Assembly: GCA_020184695.1 (NCBI GenBank)
Contig: JAANOX010000254.1
Location: 114,010 to 178,009, forward strand
Origin: Histomonas meleagridis 2922-C6/04-290x
Taxonomy: Eukaryota; Protista; Parabasalia
Reading direction: 5' to 3'
DNA: 64,000 nucleotides
Position 1 is the first letter of the stretch. Every line of letters starts with the position of its first letter. Both the position numbers and the translations under genes were made by a program. The notes beneath the pieces were generated by a model that saw only the letters and a list, made by a program, of their open reading frames with translations, was not told the origin of the DNA and ran no database searches. This document shows, in pieces, positions 34,056 to 45,731 of this stretch.

Positions 34056-35861
34056 TTATTGAATTATTTCTTTTTCATTTTCCAATTCAGGGAAAGTTAA
34101 CTTTAATTTTTCAAGCTCGACACTTAACAAATCCTTTCTTAAGAATAATGACATTGTTGATTTGAATGTCATTCCTCCATAAGCGAAAGGTGTTTCAGGT
34201 ATATAAAATATAGCGCCTTTATTTTCTGTTTTTTCTATTATTTCTTCAGTTTCTTTCTCTAATTCATTATATCTAATTGCATTATAACCTGCTTCCAAAA
34301 GTAATTTCATATCTTTTGGTGTAACTTTAAATATTCTTTTTGTAGCATATTTCATTACAATTGGAATACCTTCTTTACAAGGATATATTGTACCTTTTTC
34401 ATCTTTTGATGTTCCAATATTCGTAAATATTGTTGAGCCGCAATTTACTGCTCTAAAAGCATCAGATCCGAATTTATTAACTAATTCGGATAAAGGTTTA
34501 CATAAGAAATAAATGTTATGTACAGTTTTCTCATCTCGAACATATAATTGATCCAAAGGGAAATCTTCTTTAAACCCGAAAATTTCTTTAATTTGTTCAC
34601 AAATAACTTGTGAAACACTATTTAATGGGTGATAAGGCGCTTCTCTTAAAGGTTTTAATTCTTTTTTATATTGATTATTAATTTCGAAATCTTTCACTTT
34701 CCTTAAAACAGCTACAAAAAATCCTCCGCTATCAAAATCATGTGGATAAAACCTCATACAATTCGTTAAACCTTGAATTTGAGGCTGAGGAAACATCGTA
34801 TTAGGTGCAAATTGTTTTCGATTTTCAGGCACATCTTCTGGCGTTTTATAAAATGTTTCAAGATTAGAATTACCTGTATCATAGACAACCCAATCAGTGA
34901 TTCCATTATGTCTTTTAAGTTGTTGATACTTATCAGAAACATCAACAACTTCAACGCAATTATTAAGTTCTAATAAAACAGAATTAATAACTGCTTCGTC
35001 TTCAATTGGATTCATCGAACACGTGGAATAAACACAGATCCCTCCAACTTTAAGGAGTTCAAGGCCCCTCTTAAGGATAACTCGTTGGACTCCATGTTTA
35101 CTACCGCCGTTCTTCGGTGACCAACTATAGCCTGCAACTCCATTTTTACGAATTGTACCATCGCCAGAACATGGCACATCGCATAAAACTTTGTCAAAGA
35201 GTTCGCCTTTAAGGTCAATATGTTGAGCTTGTTGACAAACAATCATTGCATTACTTGTTCCAACTCGTTGAAGTTGATGAACAAGTGGTTGGCAACGTTT
35301 TATGTCGGAATCGTTCGCTATAACAAGACCTGTGGTATCGAGCATTTCAAGAATTTGAGCTGTTTTAGAACCTGGTGCAGCACATGTGTCAAGAACATGA
35401 TCTCCTTTCTCAATGGAGAGGAAGTATGGTGGAATCATTGAAACAAATTCTTGTCGATGGCAATTCCCAAGTTTAGTTTGGAGATTAAGCCAGTCACGAA
35501 ATGACTTAAATCGTTCATCACGACGTAACGTGGCTTTATCAAGACTGAATTTAAAGATTTTACCATACTCGGAACCAAGGCCTGTAATTTCAACAGCATC
35601 AACATTATGTGATTGAAGAGTTGCAAAATATTGATTCATTTGATTTTCAATTTCAGTGTGATTCTTGCACTTATTAGAAAGACGAAAAACATTTGGAAGT
35701 GGAGTTTTCGAGATTTCAATCATTTTATTAAATTCATCTTCGGAGAGGTGATGAGGCACTAATAAATTCCTGTAATACTCAATAAAGTAATCGTTAATAG
35801 AGCCAACTTCAATTGGCTTCTTTTTCATTTTGAATCCTTCATTGTGTTCAGCCTTTTTCAT
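34056..35861 (-). CDS. NSUN2: NOL1/NOP2/Sun RNA m5C methyltransferase, NSUN2/Trm4-like
   Basis: RQEFVSMIP, VLDTCAAPGSKT, DVPCSGDG, YSTCSMNPIEDEAV and RFYPH..GGFFVA. Both catalytic Cys are present. First ATG is at 35861. Confidence 0.92.
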   Translation of the reverse strand: MKKAEHNEGFKMKKKPIEVGSINDYFIEYYRNLLVPHHLSEDEFNKMIEISKTPLPNVFRLSNKCKNHTEIENQMNQYFATLQSHNVDAVEITGLGSEYGKIFKFSLDKATLRRDERFKSFRDWLNLQTKLGNCHRQEFVSMIPPYFLSIEKGDHVLDTCAAPGSKTAQILEMLDTTGLVIANDSDIKRCQPLVHQLQRVGTSNAMIVCQQAQHIDLKGELFDKVLCDVPCSGDGTIRKNGVAGYSWSPKNGGSKHGVQRVILKRGLELLKVGGICVYSTCSMNPIEDEAVINSVLLELNNCVEVVDVSDKYQQLKRHNGITDWVVYDTGNSNLETFYKTPEDVPENRKQFAPNTMFPQPQIQGLTNCMRFYPHDFDSGGFFVAVLRKVKDFEINNQYKKELKPLREAPYHPLNSVSQVICEQIKEIFGFKEDFPLDQLYVRDEKTVHNIYFLCKPLSELVNKFGSDAFRAVNCGSTIFTNIGTSKDEKGTIYPCKEGIPIVMKYATKRIFKVTPKDMKLLLEAGYNAIRYNELEKETEEIIEKTENKGAIFYIPETPFAYGGMTFKSTMSLFLRKDLLSVELEKLKLTFPELENEKEIIQ

Positions 35862-36083
35862 TTTGGGTAAACAATTCAAATAGTTTTGGCGGGAAAACGT
35901 TTATAATTTGGTATTCTTCTATAAGAAAAAAAGATTTGTTTGGTTAGGAATTATTACACTGTTCCCTAATTTTCTTTGTATAAATGTTACAAACTGTACC
36001 ACACAGCATTTCATTTACAAATATTTTAAATTTTTTGTCATAAAAAAAAGCGATAACAAAAGTTTTATTTACAAGATAATTTA

Positions 36084-37199
36084 TCATTTCATTAGCTGAA
36101 AGTAATATGGTATATCCCACCAATCAGGAATGCTTTGCCAAATTACAGCATCATTATTCTCATCAATTGTGACAAAAGAGTATTCATTTTTAGCGCAAAC
36201 CAATTTTATATCGCAAAGATGTATATTATTTAATCTAAAATGTTCAATTTTATTTGTTTCGTTTTCATTATTTTTCTTATTAATCCTAAACACAACCACA
36301 CTACCGTCATTACACACAGCAACAAAAATTATATCATTAAGAATTATTATTTTGTTTATCACAGAAGAAAATGTTTGCGTTATAAGTGTTTCCAAAATGA
36401 TAAAAATTTTGTTTTCGCCATATCCAATTAATGTTTCTCCATTCATTATTTCAAATCCATTAATTGGAATGTTGTCAATGAATGTTTTAGTGCCAGTAAT
36501 TGCAAAATCGTTATCAAATTCGAATGAAATTAAATGATTAAAAGTTGAACTTAAGCAAAAAAGAATTTTTCCATTATTATTCATTTGCGAAAATCTCCCT
36601 ACATCATGAATAACAGGTGTAGAGTTTTCCTTGATAACACCAACAATGAGTTTTTCAGCAGAAATCGCAAGAGAAGTGTTTTCTTCCGAATCAATAAATG
36701 ATACACATTTGGGTTCTTGTTCACTTTGATTACCCCAAATGAGTTTAGTGGATCCATTGGTATTGCAAAGAATTGCTGATGAATGTGAAGTGATGGCAAC
36801 AAAAGTATTGCTATTAAAAAATGGTATTGTGAAAATAACTTCATTGATTTCAAAAGTTTTGATATTGAAGTGACCTGAACTAGCAGTCACAAGTAAAGTT
36901 TTATTATCTTTAGAAGTAAGAATAGCAGATTGTGAATCAAGTTGTGAAATATGAATAATATTTGTAAGTTTTTCAGAAAAGAGAATTTCTAAAGAGCTAA
37001 AAGAACATAAGTAAATTCAACTATCATTAGAAACAATAAAATAATTTGTTTCTTTTTTATATTCAAAAGGAATAATGAATTTACACCCAAAATTTAATGA
37101 AGTTATTGCCTTTGCTGAATTAAATAGCTTAGAAATATCACGTTCCCAATAATGTTTTTTATTTTCTTCGATTTGTAGTTGATATGAACCATTTTGCAT
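36084..37199 (-). CDS. Beta-propeller-like hypothetical protein interrupted by one in-frame TGA (37019-37017)
   Basis: Track ORFs 37017-37199 and 36084-36890 are in the same frame, and the linker between them is open. Inr TCACT lies just upstream of ATG 37199. Confidence 0.6.
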
Positions 37200-37271
37200 T
37201 TTTGAGTGAGGTTGTGAAAATTTTGACTATTTAACGGATTTTCCTAAATTGAACTGACTGTTTCACATAAC

Positions 37272-37988
37272 ATGTCTCAAATAATGGCTGCTGCTTTGAT
37301 AGTCTTCCTAATCTTTTTATTAATTTTATATTATTATCTCTTCCCACATTCACAGTATGTAAAAGACATTAACAATAAAAAGTCAAGACTTATCACGGTT
37401 CCAAAAAGGAAAACATATCCAATTCAGCAACCAAAAAATACAGAATTTCCAGATATGCCTCAAATAAACAGAACATTTGAAATAAGTGGAAGCAATGCAA
37501 ATATGCATTCAACATATGTAAAAACAATAGAAAATCTTCGAGATCAAAAAAATTCATATTCGTTTTCATTATATGGATCTCAAGCTTCTTCTGTTGATAG
37601 TGAGTTTATTAATAACAAAAGAAATTCATGTAATAAACCTACCAATACTTCTCGTCAGATTCCAATTCAACAGAAACCAACACCTTATGATTCTTCTAAA
37701 GAGTTTTGGAGGAAGCGGTCAGTTGCAAGTCAAGAACAATTAGTACAATCGGCAAAGCATCCCATCGTTGTTCCTGCAGTTGTTCCAAAGAAACCACCAA
37801 AGAAAAAGATTGAAACACCAAAAGTTGAAGCGCCCACTGCATCAACGTCAACAACCACAACCACTCCAAAGAATAGTCAGTCAACATTTACAATACCATC
37901 ACCTCCAAAAGGACAAAATGAATCAACGAGTAGTAATACAGCAACACCCACGTTTAGTTTTGACTTTTCCCAATTTGGAAAAAAATAG
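37272..37988 (+). CDS. Single-pass membrane protein with an S/T/P-rich disordered tail
   Basis: Hydrophobic IMAAALIVFLIFLLILYYYLF, basic KKPPKKK, and C-terminal FSFDFSQFGKK. Confidence 0.75.
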   Translation: MSQIMAAALIVFLIFLLILYYYLFPHSQYVKDINNKKSRLITVPKRKTYPIQQPKNTEFPDMPQINRTFEISGSNANMHSTYVKTIENLRDQKNSYSFSLYGSQASSVDSEFINNKRNSCNKPTNTSRQIPIQQKPTPYDSSKEFWRKRSVASQEQLVQSAKHPIVVPAVVPKKPPKKKIETPKVEAPTASTSTTTTTPKNSQSTFTIPSPPKGQNESTSSNTATPTFSFDFSQFGKK

Positions 37989-38094
37989 AGATATTTGTTC
38001 AATAAAATCATATCTAAAACATCTTTTTAATAAACGGAATCATTGGCGAACGTTAATTAACGAGCCCCGAGGAACTTAGCTAAGTTAAATCATT

Positions 38095-38928
38095 ATGAGA
38101 TTGACAGCTGAGATAACAACTGATCTCTTAGCAAAGCTTATTTCTATTCTCAGTTCATGTGGGAGTGATGTAGTTCTTCATTTTTCAGAGGAATCACTTT
38201 CACTATGTATTCCTCATGATACAGGTCAAATTGGTGTTTGGGTTGGTTGCGACATTATCAGCTGTTTTAACAAATATGAAGTTCGTTCTAATGTTTCAAA
38301 TACTGTTTCAATGAAATTAAATCCAGCACAATTGGCACAAGCATTAATATCAAATACAAGTCCATCCATTCAATTACATTTATCTCGAACAAATGATTTT
38401 GTTTATTTACAACTTACTCATAAAAGTTTAGACACATTAAGAAAATTAGAACATCGTGTTCCAATTATTCTTTTAATGCCAAGTGTTATTCAACAATATG
38501 CAGAACCAGAGTGGGAGTTAGCTTCTATGTGTTCAAAATTCCCACCATTAAGAGCGGTCGTTAATTGGTGTTCAAATGCAAAAAGTATTCATCATCATAT
38601 ATCAATATCATTAAAACATAGTAATACAACCGGAAACATTGATGCTGTTTTTAGGGTTGAGAATGAAATGGTTTGTGTATCAACAACATTTTATGATTTG
38701 AAACCTGAACAAGATGATGAAACAGAAACGAACTCTAAAAACTCTGATTGCGAAGTATATGTTGATCTTAAGAAGTTTATAAAGATCCTAAGAGTTGTAA
38801 ATCTTCAACCTACAATTGGTCTAATTTATATTGTTGACAAAAAATATATAAGATTACATTTTGAAGTACCTGCAGGTGCTGCATCAGCAGTCTCAATGAC
38901 GTATTTCTTGAATGCTTCATCACAATAA
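38095..38928 (+). CDS. HUS1: Checkpoint clamp subunit HUS1 (9-1-1 complex)
   Basis: MRLTAEI, VWVGC..F..YEV.S, LAQAL, LEHRVPIILL, YAEP and ENEMVCVSTTFYDL match Hus1 (MKFRAKI, VTHDIPIKV, ETELVCVTTHFKDL). Confidence 0.8.
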   Translation: MRLTAEITTDLLAKLISILSSCGSDVVLHFSEESLSLCIPHDTGQIGVWVGCDIISCFNKYEVRSNVSNTVSMKLNPAQLAQALISNTSPSIQLHLSRTNDFVYLQLTHKSLDTLRKLEHRVPIILLMPSVIQQYAEPEWELASMCSKFPPLRAVVNWCSNAKSIHHHISISLKHSNTTGNIDAVFRVENEMVCVSTTFYDLKPEQDDETETNSKNSDCEVYVDLKKFIKILRVVNLQPTIGLIYIVDKKYIRLHFEVPAGAASAVSMTYFLNASSQ

Positions 38929-39041
38929 TATATATTTTATATAAAATATAACATAAATAAAAAAAATTTTTTTTGATGTTCCATCCGACGATACGTATTA
39001 ATAAGTTTACATTGAATAAATTTAAAAAGTCCGATAAAAAA

Positions 39042-42000
39042 ATGTCGAGACAGATTAACTGCCTCTACCCTCCTACATCCAAATCAATTAAGCTCGCTAT
39101 TGCAGAGGAACTGCCCGACAAGTGTTTGCCTTTAAAAAATTTCGAGGAAAATTCGATTTATATCAATTCATTTCTTAAATCTTCAGATATGACAATGCTT
39201 CCAACAATATTAAGAAAGATTTATGATGTAGTTCAAAGCTCGGAATGTACTAAAGAACAAAAAACATCAATAGGTTCATATCTTGAAAATATGGTTTTAA
39301 CTTTTCAAGACACTCCTCTTTTTAGGACACAAGTTCTTCTCTTTTTCGAGTCTCTTAATATGCTTCCACTTAATTTTCTTTTAATTATGCCTATTTTATC
39401 ATCAGTAGTTTTCACAACAATTGCAATATCTGAAAAACGATTTACACATGTTGCTAAAAAGTTTCTTGTCAACAAAATCCTTCCGAAGGTTACACCGGAA
39501 ATATATCACAAATTGTCACCATCCATTATTTTTGAAATCAAATTTTCGAATTTGTATAATCTCCCAACAATCTTTACGCAGAATGTTCCAAATGATTTAC
39601 TTAACACATCCGTATATAATTTAGACATTAAGCCTTTATCATCGTTAGATTTATTTAATACGATATTAGAAATTGACTCACGAACTTTAACCAGTCAAAA
39701 CCAATTACTTCGTTTATTTGATTTCTTTCCAGAATTTGATGAGAAATATGCCGCTGCATATATAGTAGCGATCTCATCACCACAATGTTGTTTTCCAAAA
39801 TTCTTTTCTAAACTTGAGCCATCACAAAAGGAACGAATCATTGATGTTCTACGTCAAACTTTTATCGAAAAAAACGTCGACATCACCAAAATTTCGTCAT
39901 CATTAGATCAAATCTTTCTTACACCACGATTAGATGATTGTTCATTAATATTCTTTTTATTACAAGCCTTATTAAAGAATGAATTAATACCATTTAAATC
40001 ATTTTTAGGCAAATGGGATAATATTGAAGCTCAATTACAATATTTAATATATTTATCAATACATTCTATTCCACAATTAGATTTTAAAGATTGTAAAATA
40101 GCAACAGTTTCAGATTATACTAATGATACACATTTAAATATACCGAATAATTGTTGGATATGTATTAACTTTGTACAATCATTATTAACATTATCTGAAT
40201 ATTATGAGAAAGATGTAATGCGTTTATTAAGTAGTGCTGCAGATGAATATTCCACATATATATTAATATGTTATTGTCAAATATCAATGAATTCACAAAA
40301 ACAAAACTCGAAAGTCTTTGAAGAATCATCTTTATTTTTCTTGTTAAATATTATCCAAAAACATAATTCGACATTTGAAAAGATTTTATGGAAACTTAAT
40401 CCGAATTTTTGTGAATATTTATATCGATTATTTTATTTCAAATATACATATAAAAGAGATATATTAATTGAGTTAATTAGTGATCATTTAATCGATGTCA
40501 TTAAGATATCCAATGATATAAACTTTGCAATGAAAATAGCATTTCAAGCATCGTTTAAAAACATTATAGAGATAGAAATATTTATAAAAGTATTTATAGA
40601 GAAATATTCGAATAAATTTATAGAATTATTATTGATTCATATAAAAGAATTAATTTTAGATTCAAATATATCAAAATCAGCTTTATCGATTATATTAAAT
40701 AAAGTGTTCACTATCATTTGGGATATATATCCAAATTTAACATCTGATTTACAATTAAAGATTAATATAATATATTCAATTGCAAATACTTCAATTCCTG
40801 ATATAAAACAATTTGATTTTATCCGTTCTATTAAAACTAATACTAATTTAAATGAATCAAAAGAAACAGCAATTGAATATTATAATAATTATTTAAATGA
40901 TAACTTAAGTTTAAATGATTTTGTCTTAATATTTCATCAAAAACGTATCGATTCACCTAAACTATTTCAACTTATGCAAAATTATTTATTAATTGAAATG
41001 AAATATATATATAAACATAATCAAAACGTTAGTAATAAACTTGGCGAATTATTAGGAACATTAATACATGAAAATATATTTAATGATAAACAATTAAAAT
41101 ATATATTTAATAATTTTAATAAATGTTTTCAACAAAATCAAAGTATTAACTTTGTAATTACAGCATTAAATTTATGTTATACTAAATTGTTATTATATCC
41201 AAATTATGTATTTAGTTTATTAAAACATCCATCATTAAGAAGTACACAACTTTATGATAAAATTAATAAGTTATCAACGAATTTATCATCATCAATACAA
41301 TATGATCAATATTCAACAATTAATATTCATCATCAAATTTCTAGTAAATTTTCTAAACTTAATACACCACCACCTAAAGTATGTAAATTATTTCAAACTA
41401 TACCAAACAATAAAGAAATCTTTTTACAATATTTAAATTCATTTCCGAATTATATTAATTGGATAATATTACATTTAATTATAATTGTACAAGATCATCC
41501 CAAACAATTACCAAATTTATTAATGATAATTTCTAATAATAATTATTTAACTAAATTAATAATGGAAGCAGCTATATATGAATCAATCGAATTAATTATA
41601 GATCCAACATTTACTACATTTGATGGTGAATTTAATCGAAGACGATTATTTATTTTAGGTAAATTATTAGGAAGAATTACTTTAGCACAAAATAAAACTA
41701 TACCAATGATATATTTAGACTTAAAACATTTATTATTACATTCATTTTCACAAGGTAAATTATATGGAGTTATTCCATTCATTAAAGAAATATTATGTTC
41801 AGCAACAAAATATTTTTATCCTCCAAACCCTTATATATCTTCTTTATTACAAGTATTAGCATCAATATTAACAACGAGTTTATTAAAGTCGAATATTCGA
41901 GATCAAATTAATTCGATTTTTACATACTTTAAAGTTAGTCCATATCAATTTAATTTATTACATTTACGACCAGAAATTAAACAAAATAATTTTGATTTCA

Positions 42001-44690
42001 TATCGAAACCTTTTTCATTAGATTATATATTATCACCATCAGATATAAATCGATTAATACAATATGATGAAACTATATATAAAGGAATTATATTAAATAA
42101 TTTAATAATACCTAAACCACTTTTACCAACACAAGAAAATCAAATCGATAAATTAAAGACATCAATTTCAAATGCGATTTTTATGTTTTTAAAATCAGAA
42201 GGTTCTTCATTAGCTACAATATCTTCATCAACAGCGTTTGAATTAATATTAAAAGATTTTTGTTATTTTAATAACACCGATTTAATCCAAGAATCTGCAT
42301 CAATATTAGCTAAACAACTTTCATCTGGTTTAGCATTATATAAAGTCTTTCAAAAGATGCAAAATTCTTTAATGCGAATTATAATAAAAGATTTTAAACG
42401 TCAAGATAATGAATGGATAACATTAACAATTCAAACTAATTTAAATTGGATATCACAATTATTTGTCGAAATAGTGAATTATAAATCATATAAATATATC
42501 CAACAAAAAATCGACGAATTTAATGATAAGAAAAATTCGGAATCAATTAAGTTTAAATATGAACAAAAGTTTAATTCATTACCACCAATATTATCACCTA
42601 CGGAACAAGAATTTTCACGTGAACAAATCCTAATTTATCAAGAATTAAATGAATTACAATTATCACCAGCCGGGATATCAATACCAAGTTTATTAATTGA
42701 TAAAAACATTAAAACTAATCAAGAATTCGAAATATATAATAGTCAAGTATCATATATAATATCAAGTAAGATTTCGCAAGGTAATATTAACTTACAAGAT
42801 ACTTCTAATTCATTCGAGAGTTTGTTCGAAAATTGCCCACCTTTAGAAACGACTTTTTGACGAGTTTTTATCATCAATTAAAACTATGTTGAAATATATG
42901 ACACGACAAACACATCAATATAACGATATATTTTACATTGAATTTCTACATCAAATTGTGAACAAATTTCCGCCATCGTTCCCTAAACGTGCTCAACCGT
43001 ACATCATAAATTTATTTAATAATAATATACCTTCCATTAACTTATTTTGTACATTTTTGAAGTTGAACTTAATATCGACAAAAGGTTTTAAATGAATTCT
43101 TCTTTAATACATTAAACAAACAACGCTTTTAATTGTAAGTTAATCGGCTTCGCTATTCGATTTTTACATTTTACGATTATCGAACAAAAATTGTAAATCC
43201 AATCGAAATGCTTTCTTCATTAACTTTAATCAACAACACCTTTTAATAAAATGGAAACTTCAAATCACACTCAAAGAGAATATTATTTGGACTTACAAAG
43301 ATCGTCGACGAATTAGATATACCTTTAACTATATTATCGCCACAAACGAAACTTCAAGTTATATCAACATTTGACCCAATTGAAGATATTAAAGAATCGA
43401 ATTTGATTTTGGAATTATTTAAGAAGTTTAAAGAGAAACAAAACGTTGAAATGATTAAAGAAATTCTTAAATATAATGAAAACGCTTTTGTTATATTATT
43501 CTTTAAGAGACAACTTAATGAAATTATTAAATTTATTAATATATTAAATGAAAATTCTTTGGTGAAAAATAATTTCCATATAATATGTTCCGTACTCTTT
43601 GACTTGTATCTCTGGTAATTCTTTAGTTATCAGTTATGACATGACAAAATATTATAAAATTTTATTATATTTCTTCGATTTAATCTACAAAGATTTCGAT
43701 TTATTATTAAAGTTTTCGGAATTGTTACATGAACTGAGACCGTTAAAGGTTCCATCGTTTTCATTTCAATGGATTCAATTGATGTGTCAAAGCCGCTTTT
43801 TGATCAACATGTTGTCAAATAAAAACGGTTGGGATTCAATATGCATTTTAACGGCCGACTTCATAGCCATGACAATTTATACACAAGAAAATGATGAATG
43901 TTTTAATTTAATGTATAAAGTTTTATTAAGATATATATTAATTATAGCTCATGATTTCCCTGACTTTTTGGTTCAAATTACCCCTTTAATGATGTTGATA
44001 TTACCAAATAATTTCACTCAAATCCGAAATATATTTTTAAGTACCGCCCCATCTGACATTGTAAAGCATACAAATAATTGTTTCACTTTTGATCCGCAGA
44101 AGAATGAGGAAATTAACAAGTTTACACCGACGATACAGCCGATGGAACATTTGATAGAACATTTTAATGAAGCAACGAAAAATGATGATTCTTTTGGTCA
44201 ATTAGCAAATCAGTTTAAGAAAAAGAATTCAATGGGCGAAATATCTGCATTTATTATTTATATCACAAATAAGATTCTTCCAACAATTAAAGCTCAAGAG
44301 ATTTTGTCACCTTCATTTAGTAACAATTACATTTACTTTATCATAGGTAAGCTAATTCAAGATTTGGATATCGAAACAATAATTGTATTATTTAATGTTC
44401 TTCTGGACCAGCTAAGATTCGTTGGTAGAACAACACTATTCTTTTGTAAGGCGTTGTTGACGTTGTACGAAAGTAATAATGAAACATCGAAGATAGGATT
44501 TGATGAACTGATTTTAAGATTGGTGGTCGAAAGGGCTGTGACGCCAGCGCCGCACCCGTGGGGACTCGTGATGCTGATAAGGGCAATTCTAACAGACAAG
44601 GAAAAGATCGTTTGGAATTGTTCGTTTGTGAGCCAAAATGAAAAAGTACAGAAACTGCTCAAAGCGGTCGAAGAAGTCTACTGCAAGTAG
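39042..44690 (+). CDS. CNOT1: CCR4-NOT scaffold NOT1, frame broken by several indels at 42855-43605
   Basis: LGKLLGRITLAQNKTI..LDLKHLLL..IPFI..PPNPY in the first ORF. LRPLKVPSFSFQW, HDFPDFL, QIRNIFLS, DQLRF and PHPWGL in the last ORF. Confidence 0.88.
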
Positions 44691-45731
44691 AAATAAAAGT
44701 ATACACATTAATCTCTGTTTTTTTTATGAAATTTAGGTTTCGACATCAAATAAACGGTCTCCCATTCGAAAAGTAGAATGTAAAATCGTAATGCTCACAA
44801 AATTTGTGTCGATAAGACCAATTTTTGATAACGAAATCAATGATTTTTGATCAAATTTGAATGGGGTTTGAAAATAACCGTCAAAATTTTTAATTGGATG
44901 ATCAACTGACAAAACGTTTTGATGCTTTTTTTACTTATTTTGAACAAAATTAGAAATCCTGGTATTCGCACACCACAACCAAACAAATTCATTAAAGTGG
45001 TTACAGAAGATGCTCTAAAAAGGCAATTTCAAAAATTATATAAAAAGTCTAAAGGTTTAAAAAATAGTGTAATTTACCCCAAAATAATTGGTGTAAGAGG
45101 TGTGCTCTTTGGTGGGCTTGGAGTTGTTGATATTGAGCCTGGTTCAACTCCTATTCAACAATTTCCTTTTTTACGTAAATAAAGAAAGCCTTATGACTGA
45201 CACCAAAATGATGATATACTCGATGAAGAAATATCTGTATCTTATAATTGGTAACAGTATTTAGTAAACATTTTCAACATCTTTTAACCTCTTTAGTGAT
45301 CACATAAAAAATATAATATTTATAACAATAGGCAATTAATAATGGAAACACTGAATTTCAAGTTATTCATAACTTCGAGATATTTATCATTAGATTAAAA
45401 TTTCATGCACATCACTTCTTACTTTTTAATGTAGATTGTTTGTTATGGGTATAAGTAGAAGTCTTATGTTGTTTATTCTTCTTTATAATACATTAGTACT
45501 AATGTATTGGTGGGAAATCCAATCTGAGAAATCATATTTGAATAAAAATTGATTCCATTCTTTATTATCATAAACATCAAACAAATCAGTGATATTTTGA
45601 ATAAAATACTTCCAATAAGATGCAATTCGAAAAGATTTGTAGAAAAATTCATATTTATGAAACCAAATGTCTAAAAACAAAACTTTAGTTGATACAAATT
45701 GATAGATAATCTTATTTATTTAACCATAAAA

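Noticed and set aside
43135-43140. GTAAGT as an intron donor explaining the NOT1 break
   Set aside because: The sequence reads as protein (NCKLIGFAIRF), no branch/acceptor motif follows, and frameshifts occur on both sides.
44919-45182. 87-aa ORF with faint alcohol-dehydrogenase-like YPKIIG..GLGVV
   Set aside because: TTG start, no GHE motif, and too little similarity.
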